From Octopus vulgaris (taxonomy: Eukaryota), in NCBI GenBank assembly GCA_951406725.2, contig OX597830.1, positions 7,750,001 through 7,814,000 of the forward strand: a stretch of DNA of 64,000 nt, written 5' to 3'. Shown piece by piece: positions 1 through 14,586 of the stretch; the stretch's first letter is position 1; every line of letters starts with the position of its first letter. The notes under the pieces are model-generated. The model searched no databases. It saw nothing but the letters and a program-made list of their open reading frames with translations, and was not told the DNA's origin. The translations under genes were made by a program, and so were the position numbers.

Positions 1-261
1 TCGAACAAATCGATCCCTGGACTTATTCTAAGTTACGGTACGCAAACGCAACAACATCGGTTGTCAATCGATGGTGGGTGGGACAAACATAGACAGACAT
101 GTATATATATATGTATATACGACGAGTTTCTTTTAGTTTCCGTCTACCAAATCTAATTACAAGGCTTTGGTTGACCCGAGGCAATAGTAAGGTGCGATGC
201 AGTGGAACTGAACCCAGAACCATGTGGCTGGTAAATAAACCACACAGCCACGCTTACGCCT
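1..261 (-). mobile_element. tRNA-derived SINE family A, partial copy cut by the window edge
   Basis: Same body as the 262-659 copy, with an internal deletion; the minus strand shows a B-box-like GGTTCAGTTCC. Confidence 0.85.
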
Positions 262-659
262 ACTCTTTACTCTTTTACTTGTTTCAGTCATTTGTCTGCG
301 GCCATGCTGGAGCACAGCCTTTAATCGAGCAACTCGACCCCGGGACTTATTCTTTTGTAAGCCCAGTACTTATTTTATCGGTCTTTTGCCGCTAAGTAAC
401 GGTGACATAAACACACCAGCATCGGTTGTCAAGCAATGCTAGGGGGACAAATACAGACACACAAACACACACACTCATATATATATACACATATACGACG
501 GGCTTCTTTCAGTTTCCGTCTACCAAATCCACTCACAAGGCATTGGTCGGCCCGAGGCTATAGTAGAAGACACTTGCCCAAGGTGCCACGCAGTGGGACT
601 GAATCGGGAACCATGTGGTTGGTAAACAAGCTACTTACCACACAGCCACTCCTGCGCCT
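262..659 (-). mobile_element. tRNA-derived SINE family A, full-length
   Basis: Minus strand begins AGGCGCAGGAGTGGCTGTGTGGTAAG (A box) ... CGATTCAGTCCC (B-box-like), then a CORE-like TTGGGCAAGTGTCTTCTAC and an internal (AT/GT)n tract. About 15 copies occur in the window; this one is near-identical to 21511-21941. Confidence 0.92.
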
Positions 660-800
660 ATGTATATATATATAATGTTTATTTAATTTAGTGATTTTTA
701 GAATAATATTTATTATAATATATTTAATTTTTTTCTATATTATTTAATATAGATAATATCTTTCAATATCAATTGAATTGCTTAATAGAAGTTATTTCTC

Positions 801-870
<70 letters not shown>

Positions 871-884
871 GCCTTTTTGTGGCT

Positions 885-1082
885 GCGTTTGTATCCGAAC
901 ACAGTTTGATGACCGATGCTGGTGTTTACCTCCCTATAACTTAGTGTTTCTGCAAAGGATACCGATAAAATAAGTACCAGACTCTAAAAAGATACTGGAT
1001 TCGATTCGTTCGTCTAAAATTCCTCAAGCTGGTGCTACAGTATGGCCACAGTCTAATGACTGAAACAAATAGATATAAAAGG
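885..1082 (+). mobile_element. SINE family A, diverged 3' half
   Basis: Matches the family 3' region (gaccgatgctggtgttta ... atggccacagtctaatgactgaaacaa). Confidence 0.75.
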
Positions 1083-1271
1083 TGAAAGATAATCTGGAGG
1101 AATTCAAGTGTTTCCTTTCGGCTGATCAAGCTTCCGGCTGTTCTTCTAGGAAACACCACGTTCGCAGGAACACAATGTGTCCTACCATATTACATATACT
1201 TTTCACTCCTGTATTGGTTTCTGCCGGAGGCTTCAGTAAATCATAATGCAATTATTTGTGTAGGTTGCGTT

Positions 1272-1329
<58 letters not shown>

Positions 1330-1704
1330 GTTTCTCACTTGAAAATTAATTTCTGATGTATTTTGATAAAAATAATAAAAAAACTCTGTATGTATGTATC
1401 AGTGCGTGTAAGTATTTATATATGTATACACATGTATATTTACATCTAACAATACATATATTATACGTATACATACATATATAATATATATATGTACATA
1501 TATAGAGAGGGAGAGAGAGGGAGAGAGAGAGGGGGAAGTGTTCTAGTTCTTGTATATGAATGCGTTATATACAGGTATGTCCATATGTGGAAACTGTACA
1601 CTTAAGTATGTCATACCAGAGTGTATAACTACTCATGCAATTTAAAATGAGTGTATGCACCCGTTCACTATATATGTGTTTATGTATGTATTATAGAGTT
1701 GTGT

Positions 1705-1793
<89 letters not shown>

Positions 1794-2076
1794 AAGACGT
1801 GTATGCAAATACGCGAAAGGCCTAAATTTGCGTGAAACCGATTGCGGTGCGTATATGCATTTATGAATATACACAGCCTATGGTTGTACATTTTTCACTC
1901 TGCGTGTATATCTACAGAGGCGCGTGCATGCCTGACCCTCCCTCTCCGCCCCCTCTCTTTCTCTCTCTCTCTCTCACTGTATATATATGTGTATATGTAT
2001 CACCCTCTCTCTCTCCCATGTTCTCTTTATATATGCTTATGTATGTAACTACATTTCTATATATATAATATATACA

Positions 2077-2142
<66 letters not shown>

Positions 2143-2336
2143 CGCGTGCCTGTATGTATGTAATAGAAATTAATATAACTTAATACAAACAACACAACAA
2201 CATTGGATGAACGTAAGCTTATTGTTTGACACGTTAATAATGCAACCAAATTACCTGTCAACGAAATTTTAATATCATTTAACTCCGAATTTTGATAACG
2301 TGTACAGGACACGGACAATACTGCCGCATAATATAC

Positions 2337-2402
<66 letters not shown>

Positions 2403-2462
2403 CTATATATATATATATATATAGCGGTGTGTACGGGCGTACATGTATATGTATGTATACAT

Positions 2463-2520
<58 letters not shown>

Positions 2521-2729
2521 TGATGTTTGATGGATGAGTCGTAGGGGTATTTAAGCGCCGATGGTGGCGTTGAGGATGGAAATATATTAACAATTATGAT
2601 TTATTTGCAACTGAAATATAAAATTTTTATTCAGTAGGTTTTTTTTCTTCTTTTTTATACTTATTAATTCACGTCTTTTCTTCATCTTTATTCATCGAGC
2701 TTCGAGCTTCGCCAGCAAAATCTCCATTT

Positions 2730-3356
2730 TCTTCTTTTTTCTCTTTTTTCTCTTGTTTCTCTTCTTACAGTTTTGCCTCCTTCTCCTCCGCCACCCCTCC
2801 TCTATTTCTTCTGCTTCTCCCTCTTTCTTTTTATTCTTCTTTCCTCCATACTTTTCGTTCATTATTTTCCTTTTCTTTATTCCTCTTCTCCTTTGTTATC
2901 ATTCTGTTTTTCTTACCATTCTTTTGTTTTCCTCCTCCACTTCTGTATCGTTCCTTCCTTCATCTCCCCTTCTTCTTTTTCTTTTCCTCTTCCATTTCGT
3001 GTTCTTCTTCTTCTTCTTTTTCTTTTCATTCTTCTTTTCCTTCTTCTTCTGCGTCTCTTTCTTCTTCCACTTGTTGTTGTTTTTCTTCTTCCACTTGTTG
3101 TTGTTTTTCTTCTTCCACTTGTTGTTGTTTTTCTTCTTCTACTACTACTACTACTTCTTTTTCTCCTTCATCGCGTTCTTCTTCTTTTCCCCCTCTTCCT
3201 TCTTCTTCGCTTTCTCTTCCTCTTCTTCCACTTCTTGTTTTTCCTTTCTCTCCTTCTTCTTCTTCTTCTTCTTCTTCTTCTTCTTCTTCCTTTCCTACTT
3301 CTTCCTTTTCTTTCTCTTACGTTTGTTTCTTTCCATTCTTTTCCCTCTTCATTCTT
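2730..3356. repeat. Polypyrimidine (CTT/TTC) low-complexity tract with a 24-bp unit x3 at 3061-3139
   Basis: Direct reading; unit cttcttccacttgttgttgttttt. Confidence 0.9.
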
Positions 3357-3769
3357 AACAATCAATTGTTAGCGTTATTAATGTTTTTTTTAGTTGTTTT
3401 TGCTGTAACGTTTTGTCATTATTAATATTGTTGTTTTTGAAATTATTAACTCAACGTTATCGTCAAATGTGCGCGTGCGCGAGCGCGTGTGTGTATGTGT
3501 GTTCAGATGTGTGATTGAGTGAGTGACAGAAAGAGAGAGATTGTGTGTGTGGGTTTATGTGTTGATTTCAATAACCTTCCGCAACGCTCTGTATCTCACA
3601 ATATCTGTATCTGTATATCTATCAATCTACATATATATGTAGATAGATAGACAGATACATACATACATGCATAGATAGATAGATAAAGAGATAGATAGAT
3701 AGATAGATAGATACATACATACATACATACATACATACATACATACATACATACATACATACATAGAAT

Positions 3770-3845
<76 letters not shown>

Positions 3846-4539
3846 GTGTGTGCAAATAGAAACATATCTACTTCTATCGTTTTAGCTATGCTCGCTCCAT
3901 CTGTGTGTATGTGTATGTGCGTATGTGTGCTTGCGAGCTTGCGTGCGTGGGTGTGTGTATGTATGTATGTATGTATGTATATTTGTATGTATGTATATAT
4001 GTATATACACACACCTGTATGAATATATTTGAGTGATGAAACTTTCAAAAGCCTGAATTTTCCACATTTTAGAATTCGGACAACTCTGTTATAATTTGAA
4101 CCTAATTTTTGCTTTCGGGGATTTAAAAATATTCAGAACACATTTCCTGTCCACTATTGTTCGGGGTTTTATTAACCCTAAACTACACACCCGAACTTGC
4201 GTCCTATCTCCAAGGTGTCTATGCAAATGGAGAATATACCACATGCCACCTAACACCATTTCTATCCTTTGACTGGTGAATCAAGTCGCTAGGAAGACAT
4301 TTAAACTAATCATCCGTGTGTTGAAGATGCTGTTGTGTGTCACTCCGAACGCAGGAGTCGGTGTCTCATCGGAGATGAACCAGCCCTGTCGATGTTTCAG
4401 CTGCTTCCACCGTGACACCAGACTAGCCCTGGAGTCACCCACTTATTTGGCAAAATTCCCACACAACACCACGACATTTCTTGAATTAGATGTTGTGTCT
4501 CTAGGCCAGATGTTTCTACCATCCTCAATGCGCGTTCTT

Positions 4540-4760
4540 GCTGTACCATTCGGACTCTTTCTTGAGCCAGATATAATGGTTTGGATTCTCAGTGGGTTTT
4601 TGATCATTTTCTTCGTCGCTAGTCCAAGTCCCTTGAACATCGAGTGAACCTTGATTCTAATAACGCCTGACAAGTATCTCAACTGGAAGGCGCATTTCCC
4701 TCCGTCCATTGTTTTCCATAGTTCAACCAATTCACAGTAATTTTTTCGTTCATGACGAAA
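4540..4760 (-). mobile_element. HERO-like (restriction-like endonuclease) non-LTR retrotransposon, C-terminal remnant
   Basis: Frameshifted minus-strand translation HERKNYCELVEL / GRREMRLPVEILVRRY / SMFKGLGL / HYIWLKKESEW matches the AHERK-xY-xEL, PVEVGCRGF and WIWLKR motifs of HERO-type C-termini. Confidence 0.6.
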
Positions 4761-4839
4761 GCTTTTTATTTTCAATTAACATTTGCTTAAGATATCGCCT
4801 TCCACAGATGGAGAGGGTTTAGATTCGAACATATTTTAG

Positions 4840-5360
4840 AATAGCACTCAAATTCTTCGGTGCGTCAAAAATATTGCAACGGTGTGGAAGTGTACGATTT
4901 AAATATATGGAAGTAGCGTGGAAGCAGTTTATGAAATCAGTTTCTAAAACGTTGTGTTCCTAAATTTGCCGCTTTTGATGCAGAAGAGTTGCATGGATAA
5001 CATTAAGGATTTCGTAAAATCTATCAAATTAAAAGTATAACTGGATGATGTTGACCAGTTGTTAGGTGAAGAATCCAAAGACATTTTCAAACGAAGGTTT
5101 CATTGAATTAGAAGCAGAGAGCAAGAAGAAAGAAAGGAAGTGAAAGAAAACGAGCCAAGGAATCTGTCCACAACAAAAGGGTTAGTAGAGCCATTTTCTC
5201 TCTTTAATAGAGGTCTTGCCCGCTTGGAAATAATGGCCAAGAATGGCGGAAATTTCGCCAAGATAGAAAACAAAAGAAGCAATACGATGTTATCAAAAAG
5301 AAATACTCGAAGGAGAGAATTCAGACATATGCAGCGATTTTTGGAGAAAGCTGCAAGAAC
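4840..5360 (+). mobile_element. Tigger/pogo (TIGD1-like) transposase C-terminal remnant
   Basis: LDDVDQLL, FIELEAE and EPRNLSTTKGLVEPFSLFNRGLARLEIM...FAKIE...MQRFLEK resemble the Tigger1/TIGD1 C-terminus (EPKRFT..MARGFSLFEEAL..FE..DPN.ERYTKV...LDRFF). Stops and frameshifts are present. Confidence 0.7.
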
Positions 5361-5779
5361 TTGCTCTGCAATGATATCATTCTCGACCCAAAAGCAAATT
5401 CGTCATCGTCAAGTAAATATGTCTCCGATCTTGAAAATTCAGCTGTTTGTCTTTGTTGTTAAGGAACCGATAAATTTTCAGTTTCCAAAGGCGCAAATTT
5501 CCAACTACTATATATACGTATGTATGTAGGTATGTATGTATGTTTCTATGTATGTATGTATGTATGTATGTATGTATGTATGTATGTATGTATGTATGTA
5601 TGTATGTATGTATGTATGTATGTATGTATGTGTGTGTGTATGTATGTATGTATGTATGTATGTATGTATGTATGTATGTATATGTATTTATATGAAGTAT
5701 ACATATATAATCTTCTGGATTAGACATTCTATCGTTATGATTCCCCATCAATATTCACAATATTATAACTATCTTTCTG

Positions 5780-5869
<90 letters not shown>

Positions 5870-5891
5870 TGTATGTATGTATGTACGTATG

Positions 5892-5923
<32 letters not shown>

Positions 5924-5976
5924 TGTATGTATATATATATATATGTATGTGTATATATATATATGTATATATATAA

Positions 5977-6017
<41 letters not shown>

Positions 6018-6772
6018 CACGTGTGTGTACGTAGCGCAAGAATTTCACTATATGCATGTATGTATGCATACATGTACGTATCTACGTATGTTTGTATATG
6101 TAAACATGCAATACACATGTATACATAGATATTTGCAAACAAATATGTATTTATATATCTATATACAAATATATGTACATGTGTGCGCATGTGTGTGCAT
6201 GCATGTTTGAAATATATATACTCAGAAAGGGATATATATTCATACCAAATATACGTATCTATGCACTGAAACGAAAAAAATCTACATACATACTTAGACA
6301 TTGACAAACATACAGACATACCAGCATACGTACATATTCATACATGATCAGTAAATATTGAGAAGACGCCATATTAGGAAACAGAAAGTACACAGAAAAT
6401 TATCCGCAATACTAACATCAACAACATCAGCAAAACAATCTCAGCAACAATGAAAACCAATCGAAAAACAAAAAATTATAAATAACTTGTATATAATATA
6501 TATGCTTGTGTGTCTACGGATATCTATATAGAGATATATATGCAAATATATATATATGTAGATGTATGTGCGGCTATACACATACACACACATATATACG
6601 AATACATATTTTTAAAAAATACGCAAGAAATAGCTAAACTTCAAAAAAAAAACTGATGGAGAATATCAAACAAAGCTTATCCAACACACCGACTCACTTA
6701 ATCCACACGTAGACACACACATACACACATATGTATATCTGTATACATATACATATACACGTACACATGTAA

Positions 6773-6817
<45 letters not shown>

Positions 6818-7023
6818 TATATACTTATACATATATTTACACATATATAAATAAATATATATATCTATACATATATATGTATATATATATATGCATATAT
6901 ATGTATATATATATAAATATATATATGTATCTATATATATATATATATATACATATATGTACATATATATATATATGTATATATATTCATATATATATAT
7001 GTATCTAGATATATATACATATA

Positions 7024-7060
<37 letters not shown>

Positions 7061-7501
7061 ATCATACATTTAAAACTTCAAGACGTATACAAGTGAAGAA
7101 TACATTCCAGGTAAAATAATGTTAGAGGCTATAGATCGAAGTGACGTCTGGTGGAATATTTTGATGTTGGTTTTCATTGATTTTGCTTTGTTTGATTTTT
7201 TATTGTTTATTTTTATTCTTTTCTTCTTTGTCATGTTTCGGGTTAAAGCTGAAATGTCATCGAAGAATCTTCCTACCGAACACAACATCCGGGTAATTAT
7301 TTCAGCAAGTTTACTCAAAGTTTTGTTTTTTTTTTCCCCTCATTTGCTTTTTTCTTTCTTTCTTCTTTTCCTTTTTGCAAAGCTGGATTCTGTGTATACA
7401 AATAGAAAGTTATCTACACATTTGCACAGGCATTTAAGAACACTCAAACGCAAACACACAGACACACGTGTACATTAATATTACACATGTCTCTCTATAT
7501 G

Positions 7502-7551
<50 letters not shown>

Positions 7552-7779
7552 GTATGTATGTATGTATGTATCTATGTATATATGTATGTATATATGTATG
7601 TATATGCACTCATATATAGGCACACATATCGAGGTACATATACAGTTATATATGTATATATATATATATAGAGAGAGAGAGAAAGAAAGAGAGAGAGAGA
7701 CAAAGAGAGAGAGGATGAAGGAGCGAGTGAGAGAAAACGGACAGACTTTCACGCACTCACAACCCACTCACTCGCCCAC

Positions 7780-7853
<74 letters not shown>

Positions 7854-8117
7854 ATATACATATATAAACATGTATATATATATAATATATATACATATAT
7901 GCGCGCACGAGAGTGAGCTTTTGCTGGTGTGTGCATATTAATACACACACGCGCGAACACGTATATATGTTGCTCAAATTTCTACTGGAATGTATCGATC
8001 AGCACCATCTATTAAAGGGGCCCCCTATGAAAAAGAGTTTATATTGTTCTAATTATTTCATAGAGTAACTGAATAGGAACAATTCAATATATATATACAA
8101 CTATACATACATACATG

Positions 8118-8169
<52 letters not shown>

Positions 8170-8178
<9 letters not shown>

Positions 8179-8400
8179 GTGTATGTGTTTGAGTGTCTTT
8201 GTTTGTCCCCCCACCATTGCTTGACAATCGATGCTGGTGTGTTTATGTCCCCGTAACCTAGCGGTTCAGCATAAGAGACTGATAGAATAAGTACTAGGCT
8301 TATAAAGAATAAGTCCTGGGGTCGATTTACTCGACTAGAAGGCGCTGCTCTAGCATGGCCGCAGTCAAATGACTGAAACAAGTAAAAGAGAGTAAAGAGA
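8170..8400 (+). mobile_element. SINE family A, 3' half
   Basis: gtttgtccccccaccattgcttgacaatcgatgctggtg ... gactgaaacaagtaaaagag. Confidence 0.88.
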
Positions 8401-9029
8401 TATAATACTGGGACACGATGATATTTCTGCAAACGTAGAGCGTTCATAGGCCACACCAATAAGCTCTTCATCTATGAGAAAACTCATCATATGAATTGAA
8501 AGTACCCAACATATTATAAACCAGTGACAATGAAATTGCGAACTACAAGGTTTAAGAATTTTATGGAGACTTCACAGAAATGCGTTTACCGTTTATAAAA
8601 AGACAATAATCACATGGAGTGACAACGAGTACGATTGATTATGATATGCTGTCAACTGGTAATCTTAAAGACAAGCTCTACTCCTGATAGCATTTTGGTT
8701 ATTGGGGACTGGAGTTATTACTCTTGTTTGATGTGCTTACATTTTGAACACCGTCCAGAGGGAGTTTTATGGGGTATTTGCAAGGATAATTTTCACTCTC
8801 TATATTACGTATCTTTAATTCTACCGTATGCATAATTAATAAGCAGTATGAGTCTCTGAGTTATTAGATCGGATTTGTGTGTGTGTGTGTGAGTGTGTGT
8901 ACGATTGCGCGCGTGTTCAGGCTAAATTAAGCAGTTTGTATTAAAAGAAACGAAAACAATAATATCCGATCCAAAAATACAAGTAATTTTTAAAACAAAC
9001 AAGAATATTCATTAGATTATATATGAGAG

Positions 9030-9680
9030 GTAACAGTTAACTCAAAATGGCCGCCCTCATTGTAACACTACGTCCTCAAGACGGCTCTGGATCCTGGTGC
9101 AAGCGTTTCTCTCTCTGTCACTGGCAAGATCTTCGAACACCTCCTTGACTTTGGCAACCACCTCGGCTGCAGGCAGAGCAGTTGGTATCTTCTCAACTGC
9201 ACCCCACATATAGTAAGCCATAGGATTACGATCAGGGGAATTAGGAGGTCAGAAATTGGAAATGGTTAAGCCAAAGGAAGTATCCGGCAATTACTTCTGA
9301 CTCTTCTCAGAGGAATGGCAAGGAGTCAAATTCTGCTGCCACATATATGACCTTCTAGGAACAACCCTCTCCAGGCAGGCTTTCATTACAGTCCCCACCT
9401 GCTCCACATAGCCGTTTAAATTTAGCCTCAGACTTTGTTTATCAGATAATGGATTTAATCCGGCGTGTGAACGCAATCAGAACACTTCTTGTGTCCATTC
9501 CACTGGCCACGGATTCGTAGTCTCTGTTGCGGATGTCCATGTCACGTCCTACAGCTTTTACAGCATTCACAGATCATTGAGCAGTAGTCATGGTGTCAGC
9601 ATTTTGATACCCGATGTGAATTATCATAATTCCGGCAACTCTTTCCCAAATTTCAGATGGCTTCCAGTCATCAATGACTG
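9030..9680 (-). mobile_element. Tc1/mariner maT (DD37D-like) transposase remnant, internally deleted
   Basis: Minus strand: SLRLNLNGYVEQVGTVMKACLERV..RSYMWQQNLTPCHSSEKSQK* ... F*PPNSPDRNPMAYYMWGAVE, i.e. the QQDxAPxH and WPPNSPDLNPLDY motifs. An N-terminal-like segment lies at about 9470-9670. Confidence 0.8.
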
Positions 9681-10219
9681 CTTTTCTCAACTACAACTTT
9701 AATCTTTATGCTCCCCAACGCCGTTGACTGTTCACTAATACACCAAGCCTTTCCTAAATTAGGAAACGTCTAATTTAGTACACACACATTCATACACACA
9801 CACTGTGTACGAATGTGTGTGTGATCTGGTAATTAAAAGCAGTTCGTGTCATTATCACAAGGCCTGGGGAACAATTCCTAAACTCGGTGCAATCAATCCT
9901 TAAGCAAGGCACTTCATTTCACGTTGTAATATAATGAGTACTACCCAGTCGCTGTTGCAGCTTTCTCACACCTTCAACTGTCATGTATCGGATGCTCCTT
10001 CGGCTCAAGTTCTGTAAAACAAAGAAAGGGAAACCTATCACGCTACGACTTGATAATAGAATTGAATAGATCTTCAGCGTTACACAAACCATACATTACA
10101 TTTAAATACCATAAGTATAATTTTCTTGCTATTTCCAAATGCAACTTAATAAATCGAGTCAAATATGAAATAAATATGACAAGTAAATAGTGTTTTAGTT
10201 TCCATCGTGTTTAGCATTA

Positions 10220-11010
10220 GGCAGGTCAGATGTTTCAAGGTGATTAATATTCTATCCCAGTAATATAGACAATAAGCAACTTTGTAAATTTTTCGTATTT
10301 GAAATCGTAGAACTCTATCTGTCGCTGAAAAGCTTTTTGATTTGGTAGATGTTTTATTCCAATTAGTGTTTCTGCGATTAATGGTATTATACAAATAATG
10401 AAATGTTTTCTATTTTACGATAATTATTTTAGTGTTAAACATAATGGCCATGTATTGTTTGATGTAGCTACAAAATCTGGTGATGAGGCTGAGGTCGGTC
10501 AATTAGTAGCATTACATATTTGACACAATTAGTAAAATCAAAAGTGTATTTCCAACTCTTTCTCTGACGAGAAATCCTTTCGTCTAGCCTCTGATTCCTA
10601 CAATGCTGTTTTCAATAGCTGCGGCGAGATCGATAGAATGCATTACACATTTACATATGAAATAATACAAATATTGATATATCTAAAGATAATATGGTAC
10701 AATCCTCTTTTTAGTTTAAGTGATCATTCAAATATAACATAATTTTCCTATAAATTATAAGGAAGCATTTACCTATAGGCCATGGATATCATTATATTTT
10801 CACCGAAAATAACAGTAAGGTTTACTGAACATGCACCAAATGCATCGATGTTCCGAAACCAATATTAAGTAGGAGAAACTTTTTCATTATAAATTCACGA
10901 AAACTGTCCCTGTTCTGGAATTGTTACAATCGTTATATCTCTGTCAATGGTATATGTCTTTCTACATTATTAGTTGACAGTGAAACAAAAAGTTGTATAT
11001 GCCTCAAAAA
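10220..11010 (+). mobile_element. Naiad-type Penelope-like element, highly degenerate RT-to-EN remnant
   Basis: Collinear fragments NIDNKQLCKFFVFEIVELY, LFDVATKSGDEAEVGQLVALHI (cf. [22 protein letters not shown]), SDEKSFRLA, IIWYNPLF, IIRKHLPIGHGYHYIF and VNGICLS. Confidence 0.75.
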
Positions 11011-11016
11011 CTCCAC

Positions 11017-11076
<60 letters not shown>

Positions 11077-11162
11077 TCAATAATATAGACATTTGAACAT
11101 GCACAAAGATGCCATGCTACTTCACTCTCCACATATATCTAGTATGTAAAAGGATAATAATA

Positions 11163-11378
11163 TTGGTTTAAAATTTTGACAGAATGTTAGCAATTTCGCG
11201 GGAGGGGAACAGTCGATCACATCAACCCCAGTGTACAACTGGTGCTTATTTTATCGATCACAAAGGAATGAAAGGCAACGCTGGCCTCTGCGTAATTTGA
11301 ACTCAGAACGTAAAGACGGACGAAACGCCACAAAGCATTTTTCCCGGAGTGCCAACGATTTTACCGACTCACCGCTTT
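11163..11378 (-). mobile_element. tRNA-derived SINE family B (Meta-domain-like core)
   Basis: Minus strand has GAGTTCAAAT (B box) and GCCTTTCATTCCTTTG..ATCGATAAAATAAGCACCAG; about 11 copies in the window. Confidence 0.82.
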
Positions 11379-11699
11379 ATTAAAGGATAATAATATCAAC
11401 AACAATAAGATCGATTGATTCTTTATGAAATATACATCTCTTAACATTATTGATTTTCTAAAATCTTCGACCGCTTTCTTTCGGAGGAGTATAATATTGC
11501 ATTGCCGCTTTTGTATTTTTGAACAAAACATCTGAAACAACGTTGAAATATTGCAAACACTTCCGTGTCCGTTTATTGAAGAATTCCTCTCTACGAAGTT
11601 TGAAAATTTCCTGCCTCACCTAAAATACATTTATCAATCACTGAAAGATTGTTTTAAAAACATTCATTATTCATCAACATTAAGATGTCCTTCGATGGG

Positions 11700-12310
11700 T
11701 ATATATCCCGGGTGGGGAACGTGTGTGAATGTTTCAGCATGTTACTGAGCAGGTGCAAACTGATGACAGAAAGGTTCACACCATACCGTATCGTCTTACT
11801 TAAAGGGAAGTCGACACTAGACAATGCCATCCAACTTTCGATGCGATGGTCACAATATGAATACCTTTGATGATAAAGGTCTGTAGTAAAGGGTTCGAGA
11901 AAGGAATTGGGCCTAAACAACAGCACCAATACCATCAGTTGACGGTCTTCATTATTTCGCAACATCTTACGACTAAACTCAGAGACAGAATTTAGTGGTG
12001 CGCAGCCTCTTCAAAAATCCCTTATTCTTATGGTGACCTCAGTCTTGCAAGGTTTCGAATTTCTCTTCAGGATCAGAACCTCATTTATATTTGAAGCGTT
12101 CCTGTTCCACTACAGGCTAATTTCTCGCCCATTCAAGAAGATGAATCATAGATATATGGAGTCAAAGTGGAACCATGTAGGTAGCATCCATAAAAAGGCC
12201 ATCCGACACACTGATGAAATTTAAGTCACCATCATCCTAAGACATCTTACAAACAGGCAACCTGCGTCCACTCCTCGTCCCTCTTACCGTTACAAACTAT
12301 GTCGTCCATA
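11700..12310 (-). mobile_element. Possible very degenerate L1/Tx1-like LINE fragment
   Basis: GC-balanced unique tract with only weak minus-strand hints (*WNRNAS cf. YWKLNxS; TVN*WY); no clean motif. Confidence 0.25.
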
Positions 12311-12918
12311 TTAACGCCTACTAGATACGCCTCCTTTATGCAGATTCATAACACTTATGAATATTGATATTTGCATATTTACATATATGTGCTTCTGATT
12401 GTATGTGCGCATGAATGTGCATGTGTCCGTGTATGTGTACATACACGTCCAGGCAAAATGCATACTGCATACATATTTATAAGTTGCATGAATAATTAAT
12501 AGATACACACATATACATATGGGTGTATGAATACATATATCGTTGCATTACGTGTGTCTGAGTGTGTGTTTATGTCCGTTGATTGCATGAGTGTCTTTCC
12601 TTGGAAAAAGTACGTGGAATGGAATCTTGTCGTAAGCCCGGCTGAATGAAACATAAATGAACGCACACACACATAGACACATACTCGCACACACGCACAC
12701 ACGTGTAGTCGTATAAAACGCATAGGAGCCTTCAATACCACAGGGACACACATGCACGTATACATTCATATACACACCTTTATATCACCAAACCCAAAGA
12801 CCAAGTCAGAGACAAACATTCAACCTTATAACTTACGTAGTCACAGCGACTTCTCTCTTCCGAAGCACACAGAGAAACACTTTGGACAACGAAATACACT
12901 CGTGCGCGCGTGTATATA

Positions 12919-12978
<60 letters not shown>

Positions 12979-12980
<2 letters not shown>

Positions 12981-13046
12981 GGAGTAAACACATAAATGTG
13001 AAACAAGGTGGAAAAAAAGAGTACTCAAATACCAGTGGTAGAGTAA

Positions 13047-13047
<1 letters not shown>
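12979..13047. mobile_element. Short (AT)n-embedded element, truncated copy (family with 13098 and 22358)
   Basis: ccggagtaaacacataaatgtgaaacaaggtggaaaaaa...gtactc occurs three times in the window, each time directly after (AT)n. Confidence 0.75.
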
Positions 13048-13097
<50 letters not shown>

Positions 13098-13098
<1 letters not shown>

Positions 13099-13256
13099 GC
13101 CGGAGTAAGCACATAAATGCGAAACAAGGTGGAAAAAATAGTACTTGAATACCAGAGGCAGAGTAATATGCTTTATTGAAAAGCAGCAGAAATATCACAA
13201 AAACTCATACTCAGGGTTTCACATTCCCGTTCGTCGCAAAGTTTTGCTTAGTAAAG
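13098..13256 (-). mobile_element. Short (AT)n-embedded element with a degenerate hammerhead core (PLE pLTR-like)
   Basis: Minus strand of about 13207-13240 reads gCGACGA-acgggaatgt-GAAAC-cctga-GTA; flanked by microsatellites. Confidence 0.6.
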
Positions 13257-13258
13257 TA

Positions 13259-13296
<38 letters not shown>

Positions 13297-13319
13297 CCTA
13301 TTGTATTTATCTATCTGTA

Positions 13320-13355
<36 letters not shown>

Positions 13356-13367
13356 ATCTATACATAT

Positions 13368-13502
<135 letters not shown>

Positions 13503-14490
13503 GCTGATTTATCATTCGTTATTAATATACATAGTGACACACATTCCCGCATTCATATATACGAATGTATATATGTGTGTGTATGTATAGATATATCGAT
13601 AGATAGATAGAGAGAAAGAGAGAGAAGGAGAGAGAGAGATGGATATATATATATATATATGAACACATATGTGTTTACACATACTTACACATACATACAC
13701 ACTCGCATAGACAATAATTCAAGAGTTGGAATACTAAATCTATACATATATAAACCCAAGCACACACACACACAAATATATATATATATATATACGTACA
13801 CATACACACATACACATATATATATACACACACACCATAACATTAATGTCTGACTAGTCATATATTCGACATTCCTGTCTCAATTTTAATATCCAAATAA
13901 AGTGTACGTGGTTCGAAGGTGACTGGCAGGGTTGGAGTGAGAGACGCTGTTACTAATCTTGTTTTTATTTTTATTGTTAGTTTTACTTGTATTTTTTTTG
14001 TTTGTTTTTGGGTTGTTCCAGAGAGTGAGTGGACAGTTACAGGGGCCACAACTAACAGCTGAACAGCCGACAATCCTGCCAGTACCACCACCACCACCGC
14101 CATCACTAGCACCAACAAAACAAGAACAACAATGCCACTATAACTACGATGATGATGCTGTTGTGGTTGTAGTTGTTACTGCTGCCAATATCCAGACAGC
14201 CAGACGACAGATATGACAAGTAGGAGTGGTAAAAACAAAAGAATTAGAAGTACATGCGTGTATATATATATGTCTGTATATGTAGATACACGTATGTATA
14301 TATATATATATATATATAGATATAGAGAGAGAGAGAGAGAGAGAAATAGTTAGATGCATACACACACATATATATATATACATGTGTGTATGTGTATGTG
14401 TTTGTGCGTGTGTGTGTGCATGTATGTATAAAGATCTATATATGGGTATATATTTACATTTACATATCTATATAGGAACATATTATTTAT

Positions 14491-14544
<54 letters not shown>

Positions 14545-14549
14545 TGTAC

Positions 14550-14586
<37 letters not shown>

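Noticed and set aside
8405-8760. Possible piggyBac remnant on the minus strand (FLIDEELIG)
   Set aside because: Only one weak motif; insufficient for a call.
10561-10590. CTGACGA followed by a small hairpin (possible hammerhead)
   Set aside because: No GAAA follows stem II, and the bases are explained as Naiad coding sequence (SDEKSFRLA).
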